A stretch of 62,723 nucleotides of DNA, filler included, from Polymyxa betae A26-41 (lineage: Eukaryota; Protista; Endomyxa: Phytomyxea): the NCBI GenBank assembly GCA_003693705.1. It is 6 parts of 6 records of this genome, joined end to end, with 100 filler letters (N's around TTAATTAATTAA, not from the genome) between each part and the next. Parts side by side here need not be neighbours in the genome. Positions count along the whole stretch, not along the records: positions 1 to 15,666 come from RBZT01000262.1; 5 more parts are not named here. One strand, given 5' to 3'. How positions within the stretch are numbered: position 1 is the stretch's first letter; each line of letters begins with the position of its first letter. The notes under the pieces are model-generated. The model did not search any database. It was not told the DNA's origin and saw only the letters and a program-made list of their open reading frames with translations. This document shows, piece by piece, positions 1 through 12,974 of this stretch. Both the position numbers and the translations under genes were made by a program.

Positions 1-580
1 GCTTCATTCAGCTCAGTCCGTACGGTGTCCGTACGGACCTTTGGGAGTCGAGCCCAATATTATTAGAGTAGGTCTTCATACTTCATCAATGTTCGCATCT
101 TTAGTACGCATCAGATTTATGCGTCAGTCTTCGAGTCTTATTGCGGACGCAGTTCCATCAAACTGCGTACGCTATTTTTGGGAAAATCAGAAGTTTTATG
201 TAATTTTTAATAAATCTGATACACTTTTGATCAGATAGTTGCGGTGAAGTTCTGGCGCAGTTACTTTATTTGTAATGTTACACGAAGGTCACGAAGGTCC
301 CATAACGAGAATTTCGATTCTTTTTTATATAAGGAACAATAATAAAGAGATCCGTTAATTGGTGGAACTAAAGGTTTTCGCCCGGGGTTTTTCCTAATCT
401 CAGCATGAGAGCTTTGCGCTGCGCAGTCCGTGAAGAACTAGGCATGGAAGTCTGGCTACCTCCAAAATCCTGCATGAGAGAGTTTGATACATCAATTTTG
501 TATTGGATCGTTGAAGTCTACAATCTGACTCCTTCCAACATAGCTGTTTGTTTATTCTCGGTCAGCCCAAGTTATCGTCT

Positions 581-1286
581 ATGTCGCTCTCATCAGATGA
601 CGGCTCCGTCAAGGTTGTTACAAGCTTCGAACCGGCATCGAAGCGCTCCAAGCGCCAGATTGTCGAGAGTTTACATTTAAGCACCTTGCTGGCTTCCTAT
701 TACAACCACTTTGCCAAGTACTCAGAGAAAAATAAAAACATCACACAGTTGATCCCAAAATCTGTTTGGACCGGCGTCTATCAAGATTTCGTCGAGGTTC
801 ACCCGAATTCTGGCTTTCAAGAAAAGACGCTGAAAGTTCGAGTTCGCGATGAGCTGAAAGCCCAGAAAAGCGGGCGGTCTGATGAAGCTAACGGGAAAGC
901 CGAACTTCAGGCCGGTTCAGTGCGTGAGCAGTTGAAGATGACACCGGGACATGCCAAGAGGAATGTCATTAAGGAGCGAGCCGCGATCGTGTCAGGCCAA
1001 AGCCTGCAGGCAGTCCCAGCTGAAAAGACTACTGAGGAACAGGAATTATAAAGAATCAATGAAGGCACCGAGAAAGGACCAGATCACAAAAGCTCAGATG
1101 CTCGCCACACAATCTTTTTCGATTCAAAAAATTTCTCAAGCAATTGCTGCGATGCGAGAAGAGCGTCAAACCCTGAACCGCGAGAAGTTTATCAAAACCA
1201 AACTCGCTAACCTTCAGACAATGTTGAAGATGGGTGCCATAACACCTGAAGAAATGAAAGCTGAGGTGAAAATGTTGATCGAATAA
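581..1286 (+). CDS. PIF/Harbinger accessory ORF (putative Myb/SANT-like DNA-binding protein), split by a frameshift or intron near 1050, with SHOCT-like C-terminus
   Basis: ORFs 548-1051 and 951-1286 converge on a Harbinger transposase; helix-turn-helix-like segment 'VWTGVYQDF...EKTLKVRV'; C-terminus 'KLANLQTMLKMGAITPEEMKAEVKMLIE'. Confidence 0.55.
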
Positions 1287-1310
1287 ATCGAACTGACAGC
1301 ATTACAAAGC

Positions 1311-2470
1311 TTAGAAATCCCCATCCCATCCGTAATCATCTTCACCGCCTCCCCTAATGACTTCATAGGCCATACCCATTCGCCGTCTGTGAATGCAGTT
1401 GGTCAGGAAACAGCCCGCATTGAATAAATACGGGTATTTCTATTTTATAGAATCAAACCGCTTCATGAATCGTTTCCATTTACGTTTCAGTCCTCCTATA
1501 CCCCATTCAACTCGAATTCGCACGCCAGCGTGCATCTTGTTGTACTATGGATGGCTTCAAATTCTTCAGGATCATCTGGGAGCTCTCTTTGGCCAATCCG
1601 GCGCATTATGAACATGTCCTCTCCTACATAGCCAGGATCGCCTAAAAGGTATTCAAAATACTCATCTGTGTGCGTAAAATAATCTCTCCAGGATCGGTTC
1701 AGCTCCGATGATCGCAGAATGTTAACATCATGGAATTTGCCAGGATATCCCGAATCAATATAAATGAAAAGGCTATGATGGTCGACTGCAACTGCATTAT
1801 TGAAACAGTGTATCTTCTTGCGTCCGTTAAACCAGATTCGATGATCAGGGTTGCCGGAAGGTCTGCGAATTTCACAAAGCGTCCCATCAATGAAACCGAT
1901 GCAGCCAGGAAGGGCATTGATCTTCTGGGCTAATAGTAGTCTTTCGTTATTGTTTGGCCATCTTATTTCATTTGATGCCGACATACAGATACAACTGGCT
2001 ATAAATATAGAATCGTCGTTGACAGAACTTCGGGACCAATTCCATAGAGAAGACTCCAATGCAGCCGAATTGTCATGTTTTATAAACATGACGAAATTGG
2101 GGAGACGCTGCTGAGGCGTCAGTTTCGGAGGCCTGCCGGCGTTTGAACGAATTGTACCGGCTGTTCGGGCGAAAATTACGATTGTAGGGCAAATTATTTG
2201 ACAGAGCTCCTCAAATTCGGAAGCAGAGAAATTGGTAACGGTTCGGGACAGATAGGGGGTGGCAGCGATGGTTTTTTGATAGTCGTGAACTCCAGATTCG
2301 TGATCCACACATCGCTGGCCGGAATCATCAAGTTCTTGGGAAATAAAATAATTTAACGAAGTTGACGCAGCCAGAACAGCCGCTTGAGCAGCTGGCATTA
2401 TCAGTTCTTCTTCATACTCGCTATCAGAACCGCTATCAGATCCGCTATCGCTCGAGTCGGAAGACTCCAT
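1311..2470 (-). pseudogene. PIF/Harbinger (HARBI1/DDE_Tnp_4-type) transposase, frameshifted near 1540
   Basis: Motifs CIGFIDGT, GYPGKFHD, LLGDPGY, then VEWGIGGLK in the shifted frame; acidic Ser/Asp N-terminus. Confidence 0.9.
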
Positions 2471-2982
2471 ACCAGCCAGACTGATTTTCACGATTCAGAA
2501 CTACACCGAATCACTACGGATGGAGAGGCTGCCGTGGAAATTTCAGCATCACTCATGCTGATATCTAATAATTTGCGGATACCCTATAAACTCAGCAAGA
2601 GCAAGAAATCAGCGCGCCAAATTACGTACAAATCAACGGATTTCTTTAATGATGAGGCAATAAACAGATTACTTTTTCCTTGTTATTTGTGTTGGTTGAT
2701 TCTCCTGATTCAGCATGCAGATTACTGATTGCATTGAGCTAAAAGTGCTGCGGTTCAGCGCTTTGCTGCATCTGGAAATGCGAATTGGTTCCGGATAATA
2801 AAGACAATCCGGAGCGCCAGATTCTTTTTTGAGTTTGAGTTTCCTGCCAGTCATACAGTCGCTGATCAAACTCAATGCATGCAGGCATAAACTCAAACTC
2901 AGCGATTGTTGAGAAAGCGCAACCTGCAGCTCAACAGAAGATTTTCGTTGAGCTTGCCCGTCTCAGAAACACGAACCGTAAC

Positions 2983-3125
2983 AAATATCTCCAGCTGTTA
3001 CTGATCCCTCCACCAAATCCAAGGTAGTCGCTACATTGAGTTCGCCCATTTCAGACCCAGAAACCCTAATATAAATCTCCAGCTGTAACGGTTCCATAGC
3101 CTCCACCAAGTCCAAGGTAGTCGTT
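2983..3125. repeat. Imperfect ~50-bp direct repeat, 2 copies
   Basis: atctccagctgt...cctccaccaa(a/g)tccaaggtagtcg at ~2987 and ~3075. Confidence 0.8.
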
Positions 3126-3155
3126 TACTCATAAACCAAATTAACGCTCAAATGG

Positions 3156-3918
3156 ATGCATGCAATCTTGCTAATGAAAGCACTGAAGTCTTCGTATTGG
3201 ACTCTGGACCTGTGGAACATTTTTTCAGACAGGCAAACGATTCCAAGGAAACAGTTCAACTGCGGCGATGATATCCTGCTGCTAGAAGCCTGTAATCACA
3301 GCGCCCCGTGGGAGTCGCCTCGTGGCAACGTTATGGCTGTGTGGAAATCAATGGCGTCTACATTGGCAGCAACGGACGCCTTCGGCGTTGAAAAGGATGG
3401 ACCGGCATGCAAAACCCGGTTTGAAAGAATTCGTGGTTTATTTCAAGAAAAAAACAAAGAAGCTCTAACAAAGTCAGGAACAGATGAGGAATTTGATCAA
3501 AGGGAAGCTCTACTGGCCGATATCGAAGAGCGGATGCGCGACTCCAAAGAGGACGCAGCAAGAAAGTCTAAGATTGAACAAGATAAGATCAAAGGACAGG
3601 AATCGTCAGGACTAATCCTGCGACGCAATACAATGGAACAATGTGACAGCACCGATGAAGAGTCTAATAACAGTAACTCAGATTCTGATGAAGAAAATGC
3701 GCAGTCGTTGATCTCTAGAAAAAATGCGTTCAGCTGGCAAAAAGACACCAGTATCAACCAAATCAAGACGAAACTCAAACTCAACACATAAGATGGCTTT
3801 AATGGAACGCCGGCTAGCGTTTGAGGAAAAGCAGGCAGCTCGTCGTGATGAGGAATCGCATCGTCGCGATTCTCAGTTCCAGTTGTTACTGGAACGCTTA
3901 TTGGGCCGTGACATATAA
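3156..3918 (+). pseudogene. Myb/SANT-like (trihelix) plus coiled-coil protein of Harbinger accessory-ORF type, frameshifted
   Basis: 'RKQFNCGDDILLL...APW...VW...KDGPACKTRF...KSGTDEEF'; continues in frame 3724-3918 as a charged coiled coil. Confidence 0.7.
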
Positions 3919-3989
3919 ATACGAACCATCGAATTGGTGTAATAAATTTTTGTAAATTACTACACAAGATTAAGGTACACCAGAAGTCA

Positions 3990-5682
3990 GCAAACCTGCT
4001 TTTTGCCGCACTTTACCTGCAAACACTTCAACAAATTACGCAGGTTCCTCACGCAGTATTTTGCATTCTCTGGGGGGCCAACGCATAGGTACGCATGTTC
4101 AACATCGCAGATTCTTGCCTGTACATTTGCAGGAAATTGCTGATCAAATGCAGCGATATGCAGGATGTCAAACACAGCTATTCGCAGAAACTATACGCTG
4201 AATGTTCGCAGGGCTTTTTCCGATGAAAGCAGGGCAAACGATGATATTTGTATTGAGGCATTTTTTGAAGCAATGTTTCAGAAACAATATGTTTAATAAT
4301 TGCAGCTTTCAAAAGAAAATACTGAACAATTTTGCTCACTTTGAGACGACACGTTCGTATATCAGCTGTCATTCTAACCGTGCTTATAAAATACAGATCA
4401 CTCTGGTAATTTAGTTGTCTTCTCCTGAGCAGTATGTAAGTGACTCCCTTCTTCAATGTAAACTTCACCAGTGTTTTCCTCCTTGTGCTGGACGTCGTAT
4501 CGTGATATTTGATTAGCGTTGACAGCAGACTACATTAAATGCATCGTTCATCGCCCATTCGCCGATTTCGTTCTCTTCGAGGCCAACATGGATAAAGCTA
4601 AACACAATAAACAAAAGAAATTGAGGGGTATCCATTATTTCAGGCGACCGGCTTCCGCTGTACACTCTATTTGAGATGCAGTGAGAATTAAGGTGACAGG
4701 CTATCGCCGTACACTCTCTTTGACTATGATATGGACGAGTTTACCCGCACAGTGATATGCAGTTCGCTCATCACATATGTTAGTTGTGTTTGCTCTAACC
4801 CATGTTTACCTTGGGAAGGTGGGACGAGCGAGATATGACATTGAAATCAAAAGAGATACGAATTTAGTGATTGAAATCAAAAGAGATACGAATTTAGTGT
4901 TCGGACTGCGGAGAGCGACGTGAGGAGTAGATTCCCTCCCGATTCAAACCACAATTTGTCCGATCCGTTCAAATCATTTTTATAGATTATCACAGGCACT
5001 TTTGGAACTTGTTGGCAGTATTCGATCTTCAACAGATTAAGTTCCGCAGATAGCTTGAATCTGCACTCCATGTTTCGTAATAAGTGCATTCAATTACTAA
5101 ATAATTGGATTTCTAATGAACCAGCACTCCCACAGTATAGAAGAACTGTGCGAGGTCTGCGCAAACTGCGAGATTCAGAAAATTTGATTTCGCTGCAATG
5201 GAAGAAGCAGTGCCGGGGTCGATTGTTACGTTTTTATTCAATGATCGCCAGTCGCCAAGGTGCAGTTGCTGTCTGAAGAATGTTATCCTTATGAGCATCG
5301 CAAACGCTTACACAGTTCTGAAGTTGATCTTGGAAGTCAAAGATGTGTAAGTGTCGACAATTCTCTGCAAAGACAATCATCCATCGGTTTTCACCAATAG
5401 CAACAATGAGGAAGTTCTTGTCAAAGGCTTACGATTTGTTGCTTCGCTAACTGATCCTCAACCCGCAGTTGATAGACCAAGTAACCTCTTTTTAATCGTA
5501 TAAGTTCGTATCAATACAGCTAACAGATAAACTGCAGATAAAAGAGCCAAATCATGCCCGGAAGATTTCTCTGATGAGCGTGATGCATATTGGCCGCGTT
5601 CGCTTTGGAGAGATCATCCACAGACAGGCCAGCTCTCTCTTGAGCACCTGAAGACGTTAGGCTTAAAAATGCCTCAATCAAA
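3990..5682. repeat. Dispersed repeat copy A, interrupted by a ~730-bp insert at ~4852-5584
   Basis: Colinear similarity to 7253-8360 (gcaaacctgcttt..., cacgttcgtatatcagctgt, gggacgagcgagatatgaca, gatcatccaca.acaggccagctc). Confidence 0.85.
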
Positions 5683-7252
5683 CCACAGCCCACTCACATC
5701 AACATTAGCGCGATTACAATGTTGACAAGATTTGGAATATGAAAAGCAAACCCAAGCTCTGGAATCATACTTGGTAAAGATGCTGTTATAGCATTTGCAG
5801 ATATTTGCACATACCTAAAAAATGAGTTCGCATTCTTTGCAGCTCCATTTTACAACAATCTGCGCGCTCTCTTTGTGTTAAAGAAGGAAAATTCATACTC
5901 GATATTAAATGCGCATTTATTCCATGGAATTGGCAGAAATGGGCATACTTTGGCAGATAAAAGCTGGCTTTTCGCGGTCCGATGACGTTGTTCTCGGCAA
6001 ACGTTTCGCACCTCAACCACTTTGCTGTATTGCATGAATATTCAGCAAACCTGCGATGCCTTCCCAGAGGCTCGGAGTTCGCCCAGCAGTTTTAGTAAAT
6101 TGAGCACAAAAAGAATCATTCACTCAGACAACATTGCAGTCTTTTATGAAACCAGCCTCCTTGGCTGCAAACCTCATAGGAATTACGCAATCAAACCCTA
6201 ATTCGAAACGACCTAAGAACGACAGTGCAAAAACTCCTGCTGTAGAAGCTGCTCATCAACAAATTAGGTAAATTGTCGCTGTGTGGTCGAATCTGTTAAC
6301 GGTAATCACTGAAGCAGCGACTGCTCATAATGCTGCTCCTCATGCCAAACTACAACGACGAATAGGACATCCCCGTCGGCGAGATGTTTGCGAATATAAC
6401 CTTGTGCTGACCGTTTTTTTCTCAAAAATGGACAAGATTGAGAAAATTGCTCAAGAGCTGATTTCTTCTGTTCCTATTGATAGAGGCCATTGTCCCCATT
6501 TAGACCTGGAAATAAAATGAGCTCGCCAACTCGGGGTCTAACAATTGCGTTCCGTCTCCATCGTGATCTTGGAAACCAGGACTATGGCCTATTATACTCG
6601 GTATTCGACATCTTGCTAGAAATGAATCTCTGAGAAGCTGGCTGCGTAAAGAAAAGGTTTGAATGGCTCAATCTGGTTCAGACCGCAACGAAAGACGATA
6701 TTATGAGATATTTCAAGAAAGCAAGACGTTTCTATTCTAAAACTTGTGGTTCTACTCGTTCAGTGAAGACCTTGGAAAAGTTTGTACACAAAAAATCGCG
6801 CATGGCATCAGCGGGCAAGCAGTTGCAGTTGCTAAGTAATAATAGAGTACTTTCTGTGCAGAAGAATGCTTCTGGCCAGCAAGAACGAAGCTCGTTGCAG
6901 AGATGTAAAGAAAACAACAAGAATTCCAGATGCCGGAACGTCAAAGAAGTTAGATCCTGCGATCAAGTTCACTGAAAAAACCGAAAGGACTGAAATATAT
7001 ATAGCTGATCCTTTTGAAAGAGGCGACTCTGCAACCAAGGGAAACGTGAGTACTGCTTTGCGGCAGAACAGAAACAAAAGGATGTAGACATATCTTCTTA
7101 AATAATTCTTGCGGATAATTCCCACATCCGCATCTTGCAAACCCTTCTCTTGGTCCAAATGAAGTGTTCCAATCGCGCAGGCTCAAATTTCTAAAACAGT
7201 CCCCGCAAATTGAAATCAAATCGCATTGGAGACCTCAAAGCACCGGGAATCG

Positions 7253-8360
7253 GCAAACCTGCTTTTTGCGGCACCTTTGCATGCAAACTCTTGAACAAAT
7301 TCCGCAGGTTCAACACGCAGTATTAGGGATGTAAATGTGTAGGAAAATGCTAGAGATATGTTGCCATTCGCGGGGGGACAGCGCATTGGTACTCATGGTC
7401 TACATCGCAGATTACCGCCAGCGCATTTGCAGGAAATTGCTGATCAAGTGCAACGATATGCTGAGTGTTAAACACAGCTAGTCGCAGGGCTATTCGCTCA
7501 ATATTCGCAGTGGATTTTCAGAAGAGAGCAGGGCAAACGATGATAATCCTATGAGGCAAATTTTCGAAAAAAAATTTCAGAAACATTATGTTTAGTTATT
7601 GTAGCTTTCAAATGAATAAACTGAACGATTTTGCTCACTTTGAGGTGACACGTTCGTATATCAGCTGTTCTGGCCTACCGTGCTTTTAAAATACAGACCT
7701 TGGTATTTTAGTCACGTTATTTTACCAAGTTCACAGCTTATCTAAAACAGAACGTCGTCCATTAATCAGTAGACCGGCCACGAGAATACTCTCCTACGGA
7801 GCAGTATGCAAGTGATTCCATTCTCCACTATGAAAAATCACCTGTGTTTTCCTCCTTGTGCTGGACGTCGCATCGTTATATTTGAGGATTGACAGCAGAC
7901 AACATCAAATTCATCGTTCAGCGTCCATTCGCCGATTCCATTCTCTTCGAGGCCAACATGAATAAAGCTAAACACAATAAACCAAAAAAATTGAGCGTCA
8001 TCCATTATTTCAGGCGACCGGCTTAATTGAGATTCATAGTAAAAAATGAGGGTCATAGGCGACCGGCTCCTGCCGTACACTCCATTTGAGATGCAGTGAG
8101 AATTGAGGTGACAGGCTATCGCCGTACACTCACTTTGACTATGAGATGGACGAGTTCATCCGCACTTGCAGTTCGCTTATCACATATGTTAGTTGCGTTT
8201 GCTCTAACCCATGTTTTTGTACCTTGGGAAGGTGGGACGAGCGAGATATGACATCGAAATCAAACGCATTTTGGCTGCGTTCGCTTTGAAAGGATCATCC
8301 ACAAACAGGCCAGCTCTGTCTTACTCTCCTGAAGACTAGTCTTAAAAACGCCTCAATAAA
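7253..8360. repeat. Dispersed repeat copy B
   Basis: Same-orientation diverged copy of 3990-4851 plus 5585-5682. Confidence 0.85.
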
Positions 8361-8462
8361 AACCCAGGAGCGGCCTGCGGTCCGAAACCTTTTTAAGAAA
8401 CCAACTCAGATTGAACAGGTTTGCAGTACAAAATAATGCTGGCACTCGTCAGTTACTAAATG

Positions 8463-9573
8463 GCGTGCAATTAAATATCCATCAACGTCCGGGCTGCGCT
8501 GGGCTGCGCGCTCGCAGTTTAATCTCGCAGAATCACTTTCTCTAAATCTTGCCTAGTTTTCGTTTTAATTTTTTGCCATCTTATCAGTTACGTATCATTG
8601 TTTTCAGAAATCTCCAAGTACGATCGCTTTTCATGTGCTTACTCCAACGAGAAATTGCCGTTTACCTGTTATGCGCTACTGGCGATGCTCTTGTTTTCAG
8701 AAGCTCTTTCTCTTAGGCAAGAGATTATTAATTGGAAATGCATTTCACAATAATATTACAGTAAATAAAGCAATATTGAAATATTTTTATATATCAAATG
8801 ATAATTTTACCATGTTTATTGCACACGACGGATCTTACAACAGCTATGAACGAACTTATTCACGATGCGCTCTCCAAATGGATTTCTTAAAATCCGTTCT
8901 GATGCAAAAAAAACGATGAAAAACAGGAATCGACAAGAATCAATCGAACAGTATGATAACTAATGCGTTTTGGCGATATAAGGACTTTAAAGAGAGATTT
9001 CACCGTAATGGTAATCAAATCCATTTGAATGAGGAACAGATAATTTGAAAAGTTTGACACGATTATCAATAAAATGGATAGCTAACAGATTCTGATTGGA
9101 AAAAGACTCAAGTTTTGAGAGATGCCATCTTCTAGTGAGAATTTGTCCGGATTCAAATGAATCAGCAAAGTAGGTTCGACTCCGGACAATAACAGCAAAG
9201 AGATTTGCAGATGTTAGGTGTTAAAAGACTTTCTTTATGATGCGACGAAAGCGCTTCGGACAAGAATCTACAAAATTTCAATTAGCTGGGCGGACAATGA
9301 CAGTTTTTCAAATCTCGATTTAATAAATGCTTCGTTTTTAAAGACTTCTGGCAACCAGATTCGGTTCAGGGGAGCTCGCAGTGCTACATAATGGCCAAAA
9401 GGACAAACGAAACAAACGGAAACGAGTAAGCGAAGGATCGAGAAAGACGGTAGCAAATGAGATACAAGCACTTTATGTTTTTGCCTGTACTGGTACTATC
9501 AGTACAACTAATATTCTGCGAGGTTAAACAGCGAGCACGCAGCCCGGACGTTGAGGGATATTCAATTGCACGC
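8463..9573. mobile_element. Non-autonomous TIR transposon, MULE-like (~60-70 bp TIRs, 9-bp TSD)
   Basis: TIR gcgtgcaatt(a/g)aatatcc.tcaacgtccgggctgcg...tcgcagaat at both ends; perfect TSD TACTAAATG at 8454-8462 and 9574-9582. Confidence 0.85.
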
Positions 9574-10514
9574 TACTAAATGCAGTGTATCAGCATGAAG
9601 AAGGAAACGTTAAATGCAGACGGAGAAATACTGTTGCATCAATTTGACATGCATTTTCCGAAAGCAAAGGATACAATTGCAATTGCCCGGGCAGGTACGT
9701 CGCAATCACATAATATCTCTGAAAAGCTGACAATGTTCATCTAGAGCTGCAAGAAAAACTAACCGATGCGAAATGTAATGAAAATTTAAGAAACAAAACT
9801 ATGGTGCAGCATGACGACGCAGATGGGTACAGCGATGTGGGATTTCCCTGAGGCTGTCTATTGACGAAGCTTAATTCAGTTTACGACGATATCGCCGAAA
9901 CAGGGCTGACTAGTAGCCTCGCCTTCGACCTTGAAACCAACTCTGGACAGAAGATCGTGTCCCAGATTGTCAAGGCGTTACGAGAATGTGCAGCCAACCT
10001 TGCCAACGCTGCCCAGACTATTCAAAGAAGAATCGAAAATAAAAAAATGTTTGCAGTGTGACAACCAGTGGGTACGGTGAGATCGGATTACAGTGCCTGG
10101 CATCTGGGAGGATGATGTCGTCATCGTGCGGTAGACCGAAGAAGACTCCCAAAAGGCATGCAGATTCGATGCTATTGCATAACGATTAGGAGCAAATGGA
10201 AAGTTCGCCGATTCTAAAACTTACAGCAGGCATATGGAAATGGATAACAGAGGAAAATAATTTCTCCCCAATACAAGAGTCGACGCTGTCATCGAGTCAG
10301 TTCTCAAACAAGATTGAATCCAGGTCTAACTTTTTGACAGGTATATCTGTTAATACTGAAATCGACAGATTTGGAGGTGATTCTGGTAGCATGTTCTAGC
10401 ACTTTGCTTTTAAACAGCATTGCTAAGCAATACTTTCATGCTCCGAATCGATTGCCTAGTCTACTGATTTAAAACTCGACAGGCGATTCCCTACAGAAGC
10501 CGAAGACAGTAACT

Positions 10515-12974
10515 CAGGCCTTGTGAAAATTGGCATATACCACTTTTAACAAAAAATAAGCTCAAATTGGTAATTGTTTCACTTTAAAATTGGTAATCTT
10601 GGTAAATGGCCAAAACTCACGAAAACACGTTCATGGACAATACTAAATCAAGAGTTTCTATTGTTGTTCATTGGATTGTCAGTCTCTACGATCATTGGAG
10701 CTTCTGAATGGCATCAAATTGTTTGGCTTGCTTGATGCCTTCTAAGGAAAGATCGGTCAGAGACTGACGAAAATCTTTCTCACACCCAAGCACTGAAAAA
10801 ATCGGACTCCACTGCTGCCGTATTGAAAAACAAGCCGACGATCTTGCAAACCCGCATAGAGTTTTGAAACGCTCTTTCATCAGGCTCCAACATTTGTCGC
10901 ACTTGTTCATCTGTTCTACATGGCAAGATGCGTTAAGGTATGAATGGCGGAGAGCGCTGTGCTCAGATTCGAGTTTCGCGATAGAAGCTGCCTCCAACAC
11001 TTTTCAACTCTATTCCGATGCAATAACAAAAACTTTCCAAAATCCCTTCCACGAAGCTGACAAAGCTGATGTGGTAGCATGGCTGGGAACCGATCCTGTC
11101 TGGATCGGTTTTCCGAATCTCTCAAAGCGGTCAGATTTAAAACTCCGTCAAAGAAACTTGGAATGAGATTCCCCAACTGCTCAACAATTTCGTCTTGAGT
11201 ATCTTCCGGCAGTGCATTCATGGCCTCGTTCACCCAAATGCCTTGATCTTCAACATACTCACGAACTGCTTGATTTGTTATTTACCATGAACCGGAAATC
11301 TCGTGTTCGCAATTCTGCCGGAGTCGAAGTTGTTCAGCTGTCAACGGCCCGTCGATTTCAGTGGCGTCGACTAACATCCGGACCATTCGCTGTACTTCGG
11401 AATCCTGCTGTGTTATCATTAAATCTCGATCCTACAATGTCCGAATGCTGATATCGACGTGGTAAAAGACAGCGCAAACAACCGCCTCTACAGGCCATTG
11501 CCAAATTTTTGAGCTCCCTTGACTAGCTGACCGCGTTGAGAAAATCGTTTGCAAAGCAACTCGATGATCAAGTTGCCATTTCGTCCAACTGCCCATGGCC
11601 AGCCAGCGGGTCGTCAATGTAGGGCATTTGTTTCCGACCATTTCTCGTATCAGTGTCTCTTGCTTCTAAGACTCTGAGAGATTTTGTTGGCACACGATAT
11701 GAAATGTCCATCAAATAGCGCATTGAGCTGAGCCTTCTCTACCAGATCAACTTGATGAAAAAAAGCATCATGTCCGATAAACAGGAAATTCAGCTTCTTT
11801 TTCTAACAAAGTGACAACATCGCCAAACCTCCCTGTCCTGACATTCGCGCCATCAGATCCTACGCCAATAAATTTGCTTCCATGAAGGGCACAAATTATC
11901 AAGCATCATGAGTATCAGCTGGAACATGTTGGCGGAGGTGTTCCTAGCAATCATGGGATTAGCAGGAATGTGGAGGTTTTTAAGTTCGCCGTTTCGCTGG
12001 CGAAAGACTCTGCTGGCTAAGCAAGGTGTACCGCGCTGGGTTGAAGAATCGAAAGCAAGATAGCACGCCAAAACGTCGTCGTAAATTGATTGCGACGATA
12101 ATTCGGGCCATGCTCGACACGTTTCCATCAGAGACAAAGCCGATCTTACCGAATCCGGTAATATTCTTTGTTGATTCCAAAACCAAAATGATGTGGCTGA
12201 ACGACAGGCCATGCTGAAGATATTTTGCAATGAGATGAAATTGAGTGACGGTTTTTAACTGTCACTGTGTTATTACTATCGCTTCCGTCTTCCAAGATAT
12301 GTGGCTTGAATAAAGCTAGTGTTCGTGACTGAGAAGTTCCGCCATGATCGGACGGATTGAAGAGAGCATCTCCAATCAGAGCATTATCAATATTGGAATT
12401 GAATTGGAATTGAAATGAAAGACCAATGCTTGGTCAGGTTTCCCGAAAAGCGCGGGAACTGTGTTGGAAAAAGGTGAAACTTCGTCAAGGAAGTGCTTTT
12501 TGCCTGGGCTATCGAGGGCCTGATATCGTTGCCACTGAAAGGGGGTGCTGCCCGTCATGGTGCTTTTCGTACAGTTCTGGACGAATCGACTGCCAGGATT
12601 TGACATTTTTTGTTGCTTGCTGTTGACGCTTTACCCGACCGCCTCTCCTTTTTTCTACAATATTCACAAAACTGGCATCGAATTGATAAAGCCTCCTTCG
12701 ATACGGCTTCAACATGCATTATCGTGAGACCGTAATCAGCCTGATGCAACGGCTGGAATTGCGTCCGACTTGCTTTCACTGGAACGGCAGCGCCTGGCAT
12801 GATCTAATGATTTTAATCGGCGTCAAACACTTTCTGCGACAGACGTGCCCACGAAAATCGATGTTCGGGATTGAGAAAGTCCGAATCCTCAATTTTCTTA
12901 AAATTGGTAAATTTTTTTTGTAATTTTGGTATTATTGGGAGCTATGAATAGATTACCAAATTTAAAAAGCCCTG
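10515..12974 (-). mobile_element. Degenerate hAT-like DNA transposon with decayed transposase on minus strand (~10690-12800)
   Basis: Termini CAGG(C/G)CTT...TTGG; 8-bp TSD cagtaact/cagtaaca; subterminal aaattggtaa repeats; fragments CQFCEYC..YEKH (zinc finger-like), PTLTTRWLAMG and C-terminal 'RQSLTDLSLEGI'. Confidence 0.75.

Noticed and set aside
1-2960. TIRs for the first Harbinger element
   Set aside because: No convincing inverted-repeat pair with TSD found, so boundaries are not called
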